DNA from: Curvularia clavata | Taxonomy: Eukaryota | Direction: 5' to 3' | Assembly: GCA_023920165.1 (NCBI GenBank) | Contig: CP089277.1 | Span: 4,030,001-4,094,000 of the forward strand | DNA length: 64,000 bases | In this document: piece after piece, positions 38,522-50,112 of the stretch | Position numbering within the stretch: position 1 is the first letter of the stretch | Layout: every line of letters begins with the position of its first letter | The notes under the pieces: generated by a model | What the model was told of the DNA's origin: nothing | Databases searched by the model: none | The model's input: only the letters and a program-made list of their open reading frames with translations | Made by a program: the position numbers and the translations under genes

Positions 38522-39955
38522 CTAATTCTCAGTTAATCTACACTCCTTCACCATCGCCGAATGTCGCTGCGCCGCTCTCCTTGACAACCTCGAACATAGA
38601 GACTGCCAAGAAGAGTTCATTCTACTGCGCTGCCGGATTGGCATGTGAGGCTTGGGGCCGGCAATGGTGCGGCATCGCCTCATCATGCACATTTCGACTG
38701 TGAGTCCTGGTCCGAAGCTGACGGCAGCCACTTCATCCCTGCCTCGGCCTATATGCCTCATTTTGTCGAGCACTATGAGTACGGATGCGCTAGAAGAGTT
38801 GCCGTATTTTTCATAGACATCGAGCGAGGCTGTAATGTGATCATCGCCGAGTTCAAGCGATTCCTTCGTGCCGTATAGAATCGAGGCACCGCCCGGGTGG
38901 ATTGCCCAGTCAAAGTCAGCCGCTCTTCGAGGAGATGGTACTTTGTTATTACCCAATACGTCGGCGGTGTTGCAAAGTTGCCGAAACATGAGTGCAGCAC
39001 TTTTGACCGCTGCTTTCGGCACATGTTTACTGATAGTGGCTATCAAGCCTATTACTATCAGCATTAGCATCAAGTAGTGTTATGCTTCCCGTCAGGGCTT
39101 CGGAAATCTCACCATTCTTTTCAGTGTCATACGACATGAAGTCAGACGTACCCGGCGCCACCATACTCGCGCAATCCGCCAGCTCAAAGACGGGAATCTG
39201 GTGCCTCTCCAGCGCAAGGCCATTGCATACTACCAGTGCAGCAGCAGCATCAGAGAATAATGCTGGTGCTATGCGTAAAGCCTCATCTCCACTCTGCAAA
39301 ATATTTTGTATCTCCGCTCGAAGAAACAAAGTACACAACTCACATGCCACGACCAAAACACGGGCGGATCGACTCTTGAGCGATGCTGCAGCAGCTATAT
39401 CTGCAGCTGTTCGCAGCGCGGATAAGCCACCTGCGCAGCCCACGCCCTGCAGAAGAACGCGCTGGACGTCTTGTCTGAGACCCAGCTTCTCACAAACGAA
39501 GAGGTCGTAGCCTGGATTGCCTGAGCCGGTGCAAGTTACTGCAACGATATGTGTTACGTCTTCTAGTCCTAGGCCAGCCTCCTGCGTTGCCTTCTGGCAC
39601 GCCGACGTAGCGAGGTTGACGCCTTCAGTACGAAAGGCCTGGGATATAGAGGCGAGGGTCGGGGGTATGGCATCCTTCTGAGTCCACTTCTCGTGGTCGA
39701 GAATAGTCGGACGAGAAGAGATTCTGGTTTTTGTGTTGAAGTCAAGAAGCTTTTGCACACTGTTGGGATCAGAAGAGCGTCTTCCCAAGTAGATCTTATC
39801 TGTGATACTGACGCTGGTAGAGAAAGGTACTCAGGGTATAGCCGCTTTAGTAAGCTATTGAATTCCTCTTGTTTGATTGTGTTGGATGGGTACTGATGAC
39901 CCATTCCAATGATGTACACAGAATCATTCTTGCTGCGTCGCGTCATACCGATCAT
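38522..39955 (-). CDS. type III polyketide synthase (chalcone synthase-like), 3 exons
   Basis: Catalytic triad intact: LLQGVGCAGG (Cys), WAIHPGG (His), YGNSSSASV (Asn); also ALFSDAAAA and SFGPGLTVE; introns ~39762-39812 and ~39052-39112. Confidence 0.95.
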
Positions 39956-42708
39956 TGAAGAGCGTGGGGATCTGAACGATTAGGTGCTGATGAAACCATA
40001 AGTAGAAAATAAGACAGGTACCTTTCTCACCATCTTGTATATCGGCTTCTGCATTTCGCCCCCTCTGCTATGCCATCATCGGCGACGGTCTGAGACTTGA
40101 ACCTGTTATCCTGTGACTATGGGTCCGCGATTCAGCCATTCCTCCAGGCTCCCAACAATCTTTTACAAGACCTCGATACGCTGCCACAAGGCATGATTGG
40201 GTCAACCGGATATCATATCTGAGCCATTCACGGTCGCCGAGGGCCTTGGGAGTCCTTTGACAACAATTTATTGAAGCGCCACTTGCAACATGATTGGAAG
40301 ATAGTGTCTTTAGCTCACGATAGGAATCCGGAATTGTAGAAGAGAACGCGGCGCTGCCGAAACGATAGTTCGGTATATCTGGAGAACAGCCTCGCCCAGA
40401 TTAGACCTCGATGGGGCGCGGAAACCGAAATTCAGCTCTTAGTCTTGCGCCTCTGAACCAACGGGAATACCGTGATGAGCCACAATAGGGCTGAGTATGT
40501 TGTGCGGCTATCACGACATCTTCTAATCGAAGGTTGATGTGTCTGTCATGTTCGCTCTTTTCCCAGTCCTTCCATCTCATTGGAAGGCGACGTTCTCATG
40601 ATAGATACAAGCGGACGAATGAAGTTTTAATGATTATAGAACATAGATGCGGTTACATAGTAGGTCGCTGAGCATTTGCAGCTCTCCAGGCTGCAACCGT
40701 TGCCTATGACCTCGCTTGTATCAATTTTGGTCGTCATAGAAGTAAGGCGCCCCACAAACCGGGAAATCGGTCTTACAGCCCCCATCCAGCTCACGCCTTG
40801 GCTGAACCAATGGATTTACACAGCCACTAACTAGCAGCTTACAGGTAGTATCTAGTGCAATTCCAATGGCGCGTGGATGTTGTGTGTAGTACAGGTAGAC
40901 GTTGGCATAGGCCGAGAAAAACGCCACCATGGTGAGACGGCCAAAACGAAGTCAGAAAATTTATCATCGCCGACGGCATCAAGAGGCGGTCAATGCTCAA
41001 TAGATCAGATACGCGGGTAGCATACATTCTACTGCTAGGGACAAGTGGATGACGTGAGCTTTGAACACCTGAGAGACCATTCCAAACGGTCCTATCTCGC
41101 TTTTACTTATCAGCCCATTACAAAAGCCAGGGCTAGGAACTCTGAACCCCAAACCTCGGTCTACGGGCCGAAGCGCTTTCTACGTACCTATGATGTTTGT
41201 GCATAGCCTTTTGTCTTTAAATGTGGCCACAATCAGAAATGTAAGATGAACAGTCAGCAGAAACGTGGAAATGTTTTACTTTCGAAATCGACTTCACACT
41301 AGAGTACCGATACACAAGCCAGATGTTATGGGTCCCTGGTATCCACAATGTTCGTATTACTGCCATGATCAATAACTTCAATACAATGGACGATTGGCGC
41401 GTCATGATACTTTTCAAACTCGCCCGCACTGAATCCAGATTCATGAGAATGAAACCCTGGGTTGTCATTCTTTTTAGCTGGCGGTCTAGATTCCGTTCTC
41501 TTGGTGTGGTTGGAGGTTGCGTACGTTTGGCAACAAGACCCCGGAAATTGCCGAAAAAGACCGAAAAGAAACCCGAGGTAAGCATTTCTCAACTGCGCCT
41601 TACGCATGTGAGGTCTGTATTGTACACATGTCATACCGCATGTTACTAAATCGAGCACTTGGCCCCACTGACAAAGAGCTTGGGGCCTCTTTTCCAAGGC
41701 ATCACCTATATGCATCCAACAATCTTATCGGCAATACGGCGTTGGCTGACCACATAGCGATTGAAAACAAGAAGCAAAGTGCACAAGCAACTCTTCGGTT
41801 TGTGTTGTGCCACGCTTCTCCTAGGTTTCAAGAAGTATGACAGGTCGGATACATGAAGCCTGTGAGCCATGAGATCGGGCTGTGGGGTATCTCCACGTGA
41901 TTTAGCGATGCTGCTAGCCACAAACAGCCAGATGATTGCGCAGATGAGACGTTGAGACGCCCAATCTGTGGCCTAGAACAAGCATTTCTGTCGTATTCGC
42001 AAACCCATGCTCGGGTTGTGATTCTGTGGGGGCGAGAGGTAGGTACAACCACGCTTGCACGCCGGGTTTGTCGGAATCAAATGGGCAGCGATACTGACAT
42101 ATCGAGACATTGATGGTGTGTTGGGCTGTGCCACACCATTCTGCATGCGTATTATTGGTGTCCTCGTAAACTCGGTGCTCTCAAACAGACCGCAATCTTT
42201 GTAGGATCAGCAAAGATACAGAATTCCCGTGGAGTCCGTGCGCCGCGCAATGGTTTCCTAAAGGGGTTTACCGCGTGTCAGGGCACCAACTAGGCGCAAC
42301 AGTGTGCTGGACGCCCACTCGCGAAAACGCTTTCTTTGCAGGTTAGTGCTCACGTGATTGCATGTGAGCCTCACACCCCCAATCTTACTTAATTATGCGT
42401 CGCCGCCGATTCTCATTGTGGGATATGCGAGGCGGAATGCAACTCTTAATTGTTTGCGCTGGCTTACATAGGGAGGACACCATTTAACAACGTCTGTGCT
42501 AGGACAGATGCGCGAGCATAGCCATCCCCTGCAACCGACGGGAACAGAATGCAAAAGTCATATAGACCAGCAAATAACAATTCTATGCGGTTCGAATCTA
42601 GAAAACAGTGAGCAAGACACACACTTCAGGCACTGTGGCCGGGACTGACTTTGCAGAAACAAAGACTATCATGCCAGTCCCCAGGATCCAAGGGGCAGTG
42701 CTTCCAAC

Positions 42709-43440
42709 ATGCTCGCAGGTTTACCACGCGAGCTCCGGAATCGTATCTACACCTTCTGTCTTCAAGGAGCTTATGACAACGAGGTGATAGTGCGTCGGGC
42801 AGCCTTGGGACAGACATATCGCTTCACCCACCTGATCCGGGAGCCATGCGGCCAATACTCGTACCAATGGATCGAGGACCCCATATCATCATGTTTGAGT
42901 AAAAAGAGCTATGATTCAAGTTTTTCCCGGGAAATGCTCGAGTGCTATTACTGGACACGCACCTTCAAGTTTGCTCATCACGAGCTTTGTCTGCTTGGAC
43001 CCTTCCTCCGGACCGATGACTTTGGTTTGGGAATGATCCCGGCTGTATATGCACGGCGACTGCAAATAGAGATACAACCTCTTCTATTTGCATTTCTCTT
43101 GCCGGACAACCGTGCACTCGAAGAGCAGCGGTGTTGCCGCGCAATCGAGTCCCTCCATTCGATTCAGACGTCACGAACCGAGATCGCGATCGAGGTTGAC
43201 TTGACGCAAGGAACATTAAGTGACGCTGACTACGAACAATTCTCCGATGCTGCTGCCAAGTTTACTGCCAAGATAAAGAGTGTGGTGGATGGTTTGAAAG
43301 AAAGGGGGCTACGGGTTACCCTAAGAGCCCCCGGATCTGAAATTCAGAATGAAATTTGGACACTTGCCTCGGATTCTATGACAGCCAGCAGTATGGTATT
43401 GACGTCTCTGGAAATGGCGATTCCACAAAAAGGGTCATGA
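42709..43440 (+). CDS. hypothetical protein with F-box-like LPRELRNRIY motif
   Basis: 243-aa ORF beginning MLAGLPRELRNRIYTFCL; 5' end uncertain (acceptor-like gactgactttgcag at ~42656). Confidence 0.7.
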   Translation: MLAGLPRELRNRIYTFCLQGAYDNEVIVRRAALGQTYRFTHLIREPCGQYSYQWIEDPISSCLSKKSYDSSFSREMLECYYWTRTFKFAHHELCLLGPFLRTDDFGLGMIPAVYARRLQIEIQPLLFAFLLPDNRALEEQRCCRAIESLHSIQTSRTEIAIEVDLTQGTLSDADYEQFSDAAAKFTAKIKSVVDGLKERGLRVTLRAPGSEIQNEIWTLASDSMTASSMVLTSLEMAIPQKGS

Positions 43441-44233
43441 AGCATTGGAAAAAGTTGGCTGCCGAGCCAAGCCAAGCAGCTCTCTTCATTTTCTTTACAT
43501 CAACAGCGATCTTGTGGCATCCTCGAGACACTCAGTGTGTATCTTGAAACTACTCTCGATACAGCCTCAGCACCTCATTGTAAAAGATGTCGGCTGGAAA
43601 GTTTTGAGCGCTGCTGCCTGGATGAGCGCTAGGTGGATCGTGAAAGGAACCCTCTGAGGCAACGCCCTCTCAGGAACGATGAAATGCGTTATGCTTGTTT
43701 GATTTAAGGGATGGTAAATTTTTAATACAAAGACGTTCTTTTTTCTGAAAAAAAAAAGCCGAGGCTCTAGGCGAACAAAAGGGGGCATAAAGGAAAGAGG
43801 GGAAGATGCATACGCAAGCAACGAGTGCGTAAGGGCTATAGGGCACAGACGTTACATGCTCACGAAACGCATTGGCAGGAAATTGCATGAAGGGAAAAAC
43901 ACGACGGAAAAGTTAGATTAGACACTGGTTGACACTCTCTAGACGGATTAGAATGCAGATTATTTGCATTTGATGAACAGAATATAGGCCGTATCACTGC
44001 AGCGCAACCGCTCTTGTACAGAAATTGCCTATATGTTCTGCGAGCATATTGCACACCGGTGCCATCTATGCTAGCAGCCACAAGTCAATGCAACCCGAAA
44101 CACTGCAAAGACACCAAACGACTTCGCAAGCACACGTCCAAGCCGATCATAACCAAAATCATCGCTATTCATGTACAACCGTGCCTCACAAGCTACGAAC
44201 ATCTCTTGATCAAACAAAGCGAAGACAACAACA

Positions 44234-45853
44234 CTACAATCCGTACACCTCCTCCTCATTCAAAAACACCAAAACCGCTTCACTCCCCCTAACCATCACC
44301 ACCCCACTTTCGTCCACCGTTTCAATCACCGTATCTCCCACCGCCTCGCCCTGCGGAAATGCCTGCCCTGCCCAAGACACCAACTTACTATCCTTCGTAT
44401 CCACATACGGTGCCGTAAGCCTCTTCGCATGCACACGCCCTTGTCCGGCATTCGTACCCAAAGTGCCCGATAAATCCACACTAACGGAAAAACTCGAGGT
44501 GGAGTTAGCGTAATACGGATTCATATTGACAAGCGCGATCTTGGCCACACGGTCCTCGACGTAAAACGCATACGCGGCAAAACGTTCTGGGTTTACGCCG
44601 GCAGGGGCAGCGAGAGCGCGCACACGGGTATCAGGGACGGCGAAGGCCTCAGCCATGAAGAGCTGGGCGAGGAACGAAGGCAGGGTGCGGGCGGGGCCGC
44701 GTAATTCGCTGTCCCGCGGGTACAGCATGGAGTAGGTACTGAAGCCTGGGCTGCCATTGGCCCCAGGAGTGTTGACTTGGTTGTTGGATTGTAGGGCGAG
44801 CGTGGCGCCTTGGTGGAGATGGGTGGCGCTTGCATTCCGCGTGGCGTAGATGAGTTCGCTGTCGATGACCCAGAGGGCTTGGGCGAAGGTGTCGGTTACG
44901 TTGGGGGCGCCAGAGCACGAGACCGAGTTGAATTCGCCAATGTTCCAAGCGGAGCTTGCATTTAGGGCGGCGCGTGCTGAAGGGTATATTTCTTCGTCGC
45001 AGTACCGCACCAGCTCGGTGTGGTTGAGGATGTTCTTGATGGTTGCGAGAGCGGCGCGTTTGGGGTCACACGTGCTAAAGGCATACGAGTGAATCGAGTA
45101 GACGCCGACCTGGTGCTGAGAGTTGATACCAGCGGGGATGAGAGCCGCAGGTCGTACTTCCAACCCCGAGTTGTCAGTCGTGGCTGAAGACGCCCACCAT
45201 CGCTCTTTGGGAAGTCTTGAGGCATTCAGGGCATTCACTGCCGCATCTATGCTGGCCGTGTATTCCTTCCATTGCTTCACATAGGCTGCCGTGGAAAGAT
45301 TCCATCTGCTCCGCTTGTAGTTGGTGGGCTCGTTGCCAAGTTCAAAGTAGGCAACCTTGTCGGGCTGATATGTCAACGACGCGACAGCCAGGCCCGTGGC
45401 AATCTCCAGACTCTCGTTGCCAAAGTTGAGCGTAGAAATGAATTTAGTTTCTTTCGGAAAATTGGACCAGCTCTTGTAGTAGCCTGGCCCAACGGTTGTT
45501 CGCCAAACACCACCCTCTGGACTAGTTGTGCGCACAACGTCGCCTCCTTTGGGATCAAACGTCATGCTGTCCATGGTAATGCCGCCAGGTCGAATGGATG
45601 GACGTCCACCATGCTCGTGAATCCTGTCCAACACCCTGAAGGTGAGGTTATTCGGATTGCTAGCATTTCCAAAGAAATCGACCCAGAATGCAGGCTCGAA
45701 CGAGAATGAGGCAAAAGAGTTCGAGTGTGGAATTGAAGCTCCTGCTGCCAACTTTGGAATACTCAAACTCGAAACCTGCGCAGCGTCATTGGTGGGCAGA
45801 GCATAAGCCGTGGTCGTGGCAAGCAAGATGGCAGCGATTTTCAGATAGGCCAT
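44234..45853 (-). CDS. secreted glycoside hydrolase family 79 (beta-glucuronidase-like), intronless
   Basis: Signal peptide; FASFSFEPAFW, SIRPGG, YFELGNEP (acid/base), IGEFNSVSCSGAPNVTDTFAQALW (nucleophile), LHQG. Confidence 0.93.
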   Translation of the reverse strand: MAYLKIAAILLATTTAYALPTNDAAQVSSLSIPKLAAGASIPHSNSFASFSFEPAFWVDFFGNASNPNNLTFRVLDRIHEHGGRPSIRPGGITMDSMTFDPKGGDVVRTTSPEGGVWRTTVGPGYYKSWSNFPKETKFISTLNFGNESLEIATGLAVASLTYQPDKVAYFELGNEPTNYKRSRWNLSTAAYVKQWKEYTASIDAAVNALNASRLPKERWWASSATTDNSGLEVRPAALIPAGINSQHQVGVYSIHSYAFSTCDPKRAALATIKNILNHTELVRYCDEEIYPSARAALNASSAWNIGEFNSVSCSGAPNVTDTFAQALWVIDSELIYATRNASATHLHQGATLALQSNNQVNTPGANGSPGFSTYSMLYPRDSELRGPARTLPSFLAQLFMAEAFAVPDTRVRALAAPAGVNPERFAAYAFYVEDRVAKIALVNMNPYYANSTSSFSVSVDLSGTLGTNAGQGRVHAKRLTAPYVDTKDSKLVSWAGQAFPQGEAVGDTVIETVDESGVVMVRGSEAVLVFLNEEEVYGL

Positions 45854-46661
45854 GACGAAGGCGTGTAGATTGGTAGCGCGCGATGGCAGTCGCCGTAATG
45901 TAGCGATCGAGGCATCCTGGTGCTTGATGTGCCTTCTTCTCCTACACAGACTATATTAAGGGATGGCATCATGGTAGCTACATTTCGTGTTGACGCGGAA
46001 GATATTATACCGACGGCCGTATGATTCTCCACGAAGCCGGCGTCGATGTTGCTGAATTAGTCCTAGAGGTGCCGCGGCAAAATCAGTTGGGGAGCTTGCG
46101 GGGAAAAGCTTGTGGATCGACACGGCTGGCTTTTTTTTCGCGGGGAAGAAATTTTGATCATACCACCGGATAGGTAACTCAATTTAGCATCGCCCTCTTG
46201 GCAACAGTAAGACTTGCCTGGGTACAGTGACAACATGGATGAGACCCTAGGATGTGACACAGCTCTGGAGATCGTACCCTAGCAGCTGATTTCCGCTAAT
46301 CTGAATCGATCTCTCCTCCGTCTGCACAGCAAATGACCCAATCCTTGAACTGCGTCGTCAGTGCATCTAATATATGTCGCAGGACATTTTCCCAATGCGG
46401 AATTCTGATTGAGAGAGTGTAATAGTATCACACAGATGATATAGCAGGGTTCGCAAGTATGGCCCCGGTATGTGCGTGACAACACATTCACAGAGACATG
46501 CCCAAGCACATCTTGCATTTACGACAGAACGTTAATGGTCCATGCTTTGGTACTCTGTAAAAGTGAAGCCATGGTAGTGTGAGTTGACTATGACAACTTT
46601 CGTTGTTGCGATGCGAAACGCCTTGTGAATTGCTATCCAGTGTGTTTGTGTATTTCAAAAT

Positions 46662-47819
46662 TTACTTTGTTCCCTGTGCGCCGTGCGGAGCCCCAGTTCT
46701 TCTCCTCCTCATGACCTCTCCCATTGCATTCCTGACTTCTTTTTCTTGATGCACCACGTTCTGTACCATGTACTTCTTCAGCGCCTCCCTCAATTCGCTC
46801 TTTGCCTTTTCATTGTCCCGGTAAGGCACACTTTCCAGTTCTAGAAGCCTATTGGCATCCTTGTTACTCTCAGCAACGAACTGCGCAAGGCGGTTGAGTT
46901 GAGCGTGTCTCGACTCATCGCTGTCGTCGGTAGGCTCGGAGGGATTTTGCGGGTCTACACGATAGAGCGGCGTAAGGAGAGCGAGGAACTGGGTAAGAGA
47001 TATGCAAGTCTTCTTCATGATGGTGATGAGTTGAAATGGGAGGTATGGGGGTCGGACGTTGGTGGATGTAACGAGTGGGTTCAGGTACTTTGAGAGAAAC
47101 GCAGGATGATCTGGACGCATAGCGGTGCGCATTTCGAAAGTTGCGACAGCCAGAAGACCCAGGTAGCGCCAGTACACACCGTCTCTCAGAAAACCAAGGC
47201 CGTTTGCGCCTATCAGCAGGATAAGCAAGCCAGCATAAGTCATAGCCGAAGCTAACAGCGCGCTGTCGATGAACTCCTTGGTCGTCAAACAGTCTCGGCA
47301 CTGATTGAGGATATCTGGACCAAAGCGGTCATACGCAAAGCGCTTTACAGGATCCAAAATGATATCCCGTGCGTGCTTCAGGTGCACATAGTAGTTGTTC
47401 GCCATTTCGCGGTCCACATTCTGTCCAATCTTGTCCGGGTGGTATCTGATTGTCAACTTTCTAAAGCGCGAATTCAGCCCACCGTCGTCAATATCGACCG
47501 GTACACCGAGATCATGGTATGCGTTGCTGGAGCGCTGCAGGTTGAAATCGGTCTCGTAAATGGTAAAGACAAAGTATGCTGCGTAGATGGCGATGAGGAT
47601 ATTGCGGCGATGTTTGACGAAGCGAGGAGAGCCAGGCATGGGCTTCGGGTCACCGGCGCGAATGAAGATGCCGTAAAGGACTGTCTGTACCCATCCTGCT
47701 GCCTTTGTCGCATTAGATCTTGTTCCTCGACTGGATTAGGTGGCACTGACAATGGGGATAAGGAATTGCCACACCAAGAAGGGCAGAATTGTGTCGAGCG
47801 ACACGCTTGCTCCAGCCAT
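46662..47819 (-). CDS. membrane-associated DnaJ (J-domain) co-chaperone, 2 exons
   Basis: J-domain YHDLGV...RFRKLTIRYHPDK...ILDPVKRFAYDRFGP flanked by TM segments; exon 1 47751-47819, intron 47703-47750. Confidence 0.9.
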
Positions 47820-48327
47820 TCTCTGGTTATGGGTCGGATGTCATGTAAAAACAAGAGCGTAGAGTCGCGTAGAAAGATGGAACGCCAGGTGGCATTGGCG
47901 ATGATCGGAACGGTTCCGAGCCAGGGCACGTGCGCACGACAAACACTGGATCTACCTGTCACATGGATAAATTTTGATCAAGAAAGATCACAAGCAAAAT
48001 ATAGGACAAGAAACAGATTGAGTAAGAGAAAGCATAGATATTCAATCGGGTATACGACACTTCGTCGATCTATGGTATAATGCGATGATGCAATAGTTGC
48101 AACCAAATCAAAAAGAAACAGCCTACATGCTTTTGAACACAAAGCTCAACCTTCTGCTGTGTACATTTCTCCAGCCCGGATTGTTTGGCGACTCAGCGCC
48201 GGGTATAATTTCCACCAGACATAATGCATGTATTCATCGGCTTGCCGATAACATAGGACACGCAGCGCGCTCACTCGCAATCATTGCGACCAGCGCACAC
48301 ATACTTGCTTCAACAAAAATGAGACAT

Positions 48328-50023
48328 TTACATCTGAGCACCAGCCTGGGGCATCAGCTCCTCGTCTTGTCGGCGCTTCTCCTTCAGCGATCCCGCAGCA
48401 GATCGGTTCTCAATGTCGCTGTCAGAGATGTCGTACTGGCGGACAGCCTCGGCAATCTGGGCCTCGTCCATCTTGGGTAGCTGCTTAGCGGCATGGACAT
48501 AGCTGATCTTCTCAGTGTAGCCCTTGGCAAAGATGAGGTCAATCTCCTCGAGGGAACGACCAGCAGTCTCAGGGTAGAAGAAGTAGATGATGGGAATGAA
48601 GGAAGCGTTAAGAGCAGCGAAGAAGAGGTAAGTGCCCCAGCCGATGCTGTCAATAAGGACGGGAGTGATCATGACAATGAAGAAGTTCCACAGCCAGTTG
48701 TTGATGGTGGAGAAAGCGTTGGCCTTCTGACGAGTCTTGAGAGGGTTGATCTCAGCCGGGTACAGCCAGGGCAAAGGCAGCCATGTAACACCGAAGAAGG
48801 CAATGTAAACGAAGAGACCAACAGCAGCACCGGGAGCAGAAACGGTCTTGTCGATCAAGCAGGCGAAGGTAAGGATCATGGCTGTCATCTGGCCAACGGT
48901 ACCGATCAGGTAAAGCTTGCGGCGACCGACACGCTCAACGAAGAAGAATGAGGTAGCAGCGAAGAGAGCGTAGACAACCATGTTGACACCACCGAGAAGA
49001 AGGGCGAGGTTGTGGTCGGTACCGAGAGCGTCCTGGCAAAGAATGGGGAAATAGTAGATGACTGCATTGCATCCAGAAAGCTGTTGCATAAATTGCCCAG
49101 AGGCACCAAGGAGAGCGCGGCGGAAGTGCTGAGTCTTTCCTCCGGTGAGAAGAGCCTTAGTGGGGACCTTGCCACCGCCGCCAGAAGCGGAGACGGCATC
49201 GCGAATGACTTGCATCTGGAGGAGAACCTCAGGGTCGTCGCGGGGGACGCCATTCAGACCAGCCAGGACGGTGGCGGCTTCCTCTTCGTGGTGGTGGTTA
49301 AGTAGCCATCGAGGAGACTCGGGGAGCGAGATCATCATGACGATGACGATCAGGGCGAAGACACACTGGAAAGCAATGGGGAACCTCCAGGTGAACTCAT
49401 CAGGGCCGTAGAGACAGCCGTAGTCGATCCAGTAGGCGATGAGCGTGCCAATGGCAACCATGGAACCTTCAACGCAGATGACTTTTCCGCGGTTCTTGGC
49501 CTTGCAGCACCTTGATAGAGCGTTAGCTTATGGAGAAGAACAAGCAAGTGGACTCTTTGTAAGAAACTTACTCAGCCTGGTAGGTTGGGATGGTCGAAGT
49601 GTTGATACCGTTGCCGACACCAGTGATGCATCGTCCGACGATGAACTGGGCAGTAGCACCATGGGACGGAGGAACCGAGGCAATCTGGATGATGACACCG
49701 ATGATCATGACAAAAGCACCCAGGAAGATGCTCTTGCGGCGACCAAGCTTGTCACCAAAGATGAAGATGAAGCAGGCACCAAGGAAACAGCCGACGGCGT
49801 AGATGGAGACGACGAAACCTTCGTAGGTAGAGTCACCGTCGACCTGGGGGAAAGCCTTGACGAAAGCAGGGGCCGAGATGATACCACTCATGACACCCTG
49901 GTCGTAACCGAAGAGAAGGAAGTCTGTGACGGCGACAATGGTGATGAGGACCTGAAGCATCCTTCCGGACTGGCCCCAGTAGGTAGGAACGCCATGTTCA
50001 CTCTCATTGATTCGTGGCGCCAT
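48328..50023 (-). CDS. STL1: sugar porter (MFS), STL1-like glycerol/sugar:H+ symporter, 2 exons
   Basis: FLLFGYDQGVMSG, GDKLGRRKSI, TIPTYQAE|C, LPESPRWL, FMQQLSGCNAVIYY, LPWLYPAEINPLKTR, YPETAGRSLEEID. Confidence 0.9.
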
Positions 50024-50069
50024 GATTGCAGTGTATCGATGGTAGGCGGGAAAGAGAAAAGAGGAGATG

Positions 50070-50112
50070 CTGGGGGAGAAGGCAAGCTGGGGGAGAAGGC
50101 AAGCTGGGGGAG
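50070..50112. promoter_or_regulatory. 17-bp direct repeat (about 2.5 copies) carrying three CreA-consensus SYGGRG sites upstream of the sugar porter
   Basis: ctgggggagaaggcaag repeated; CTGGGG at 50070, 50087, 50104. Confidence 0.6.

Noticed and set aside
42585..42602. GGTTCGAATC tRNA T-loop-like motif
   Set aside because: No T-stem or cloverleaf around it.
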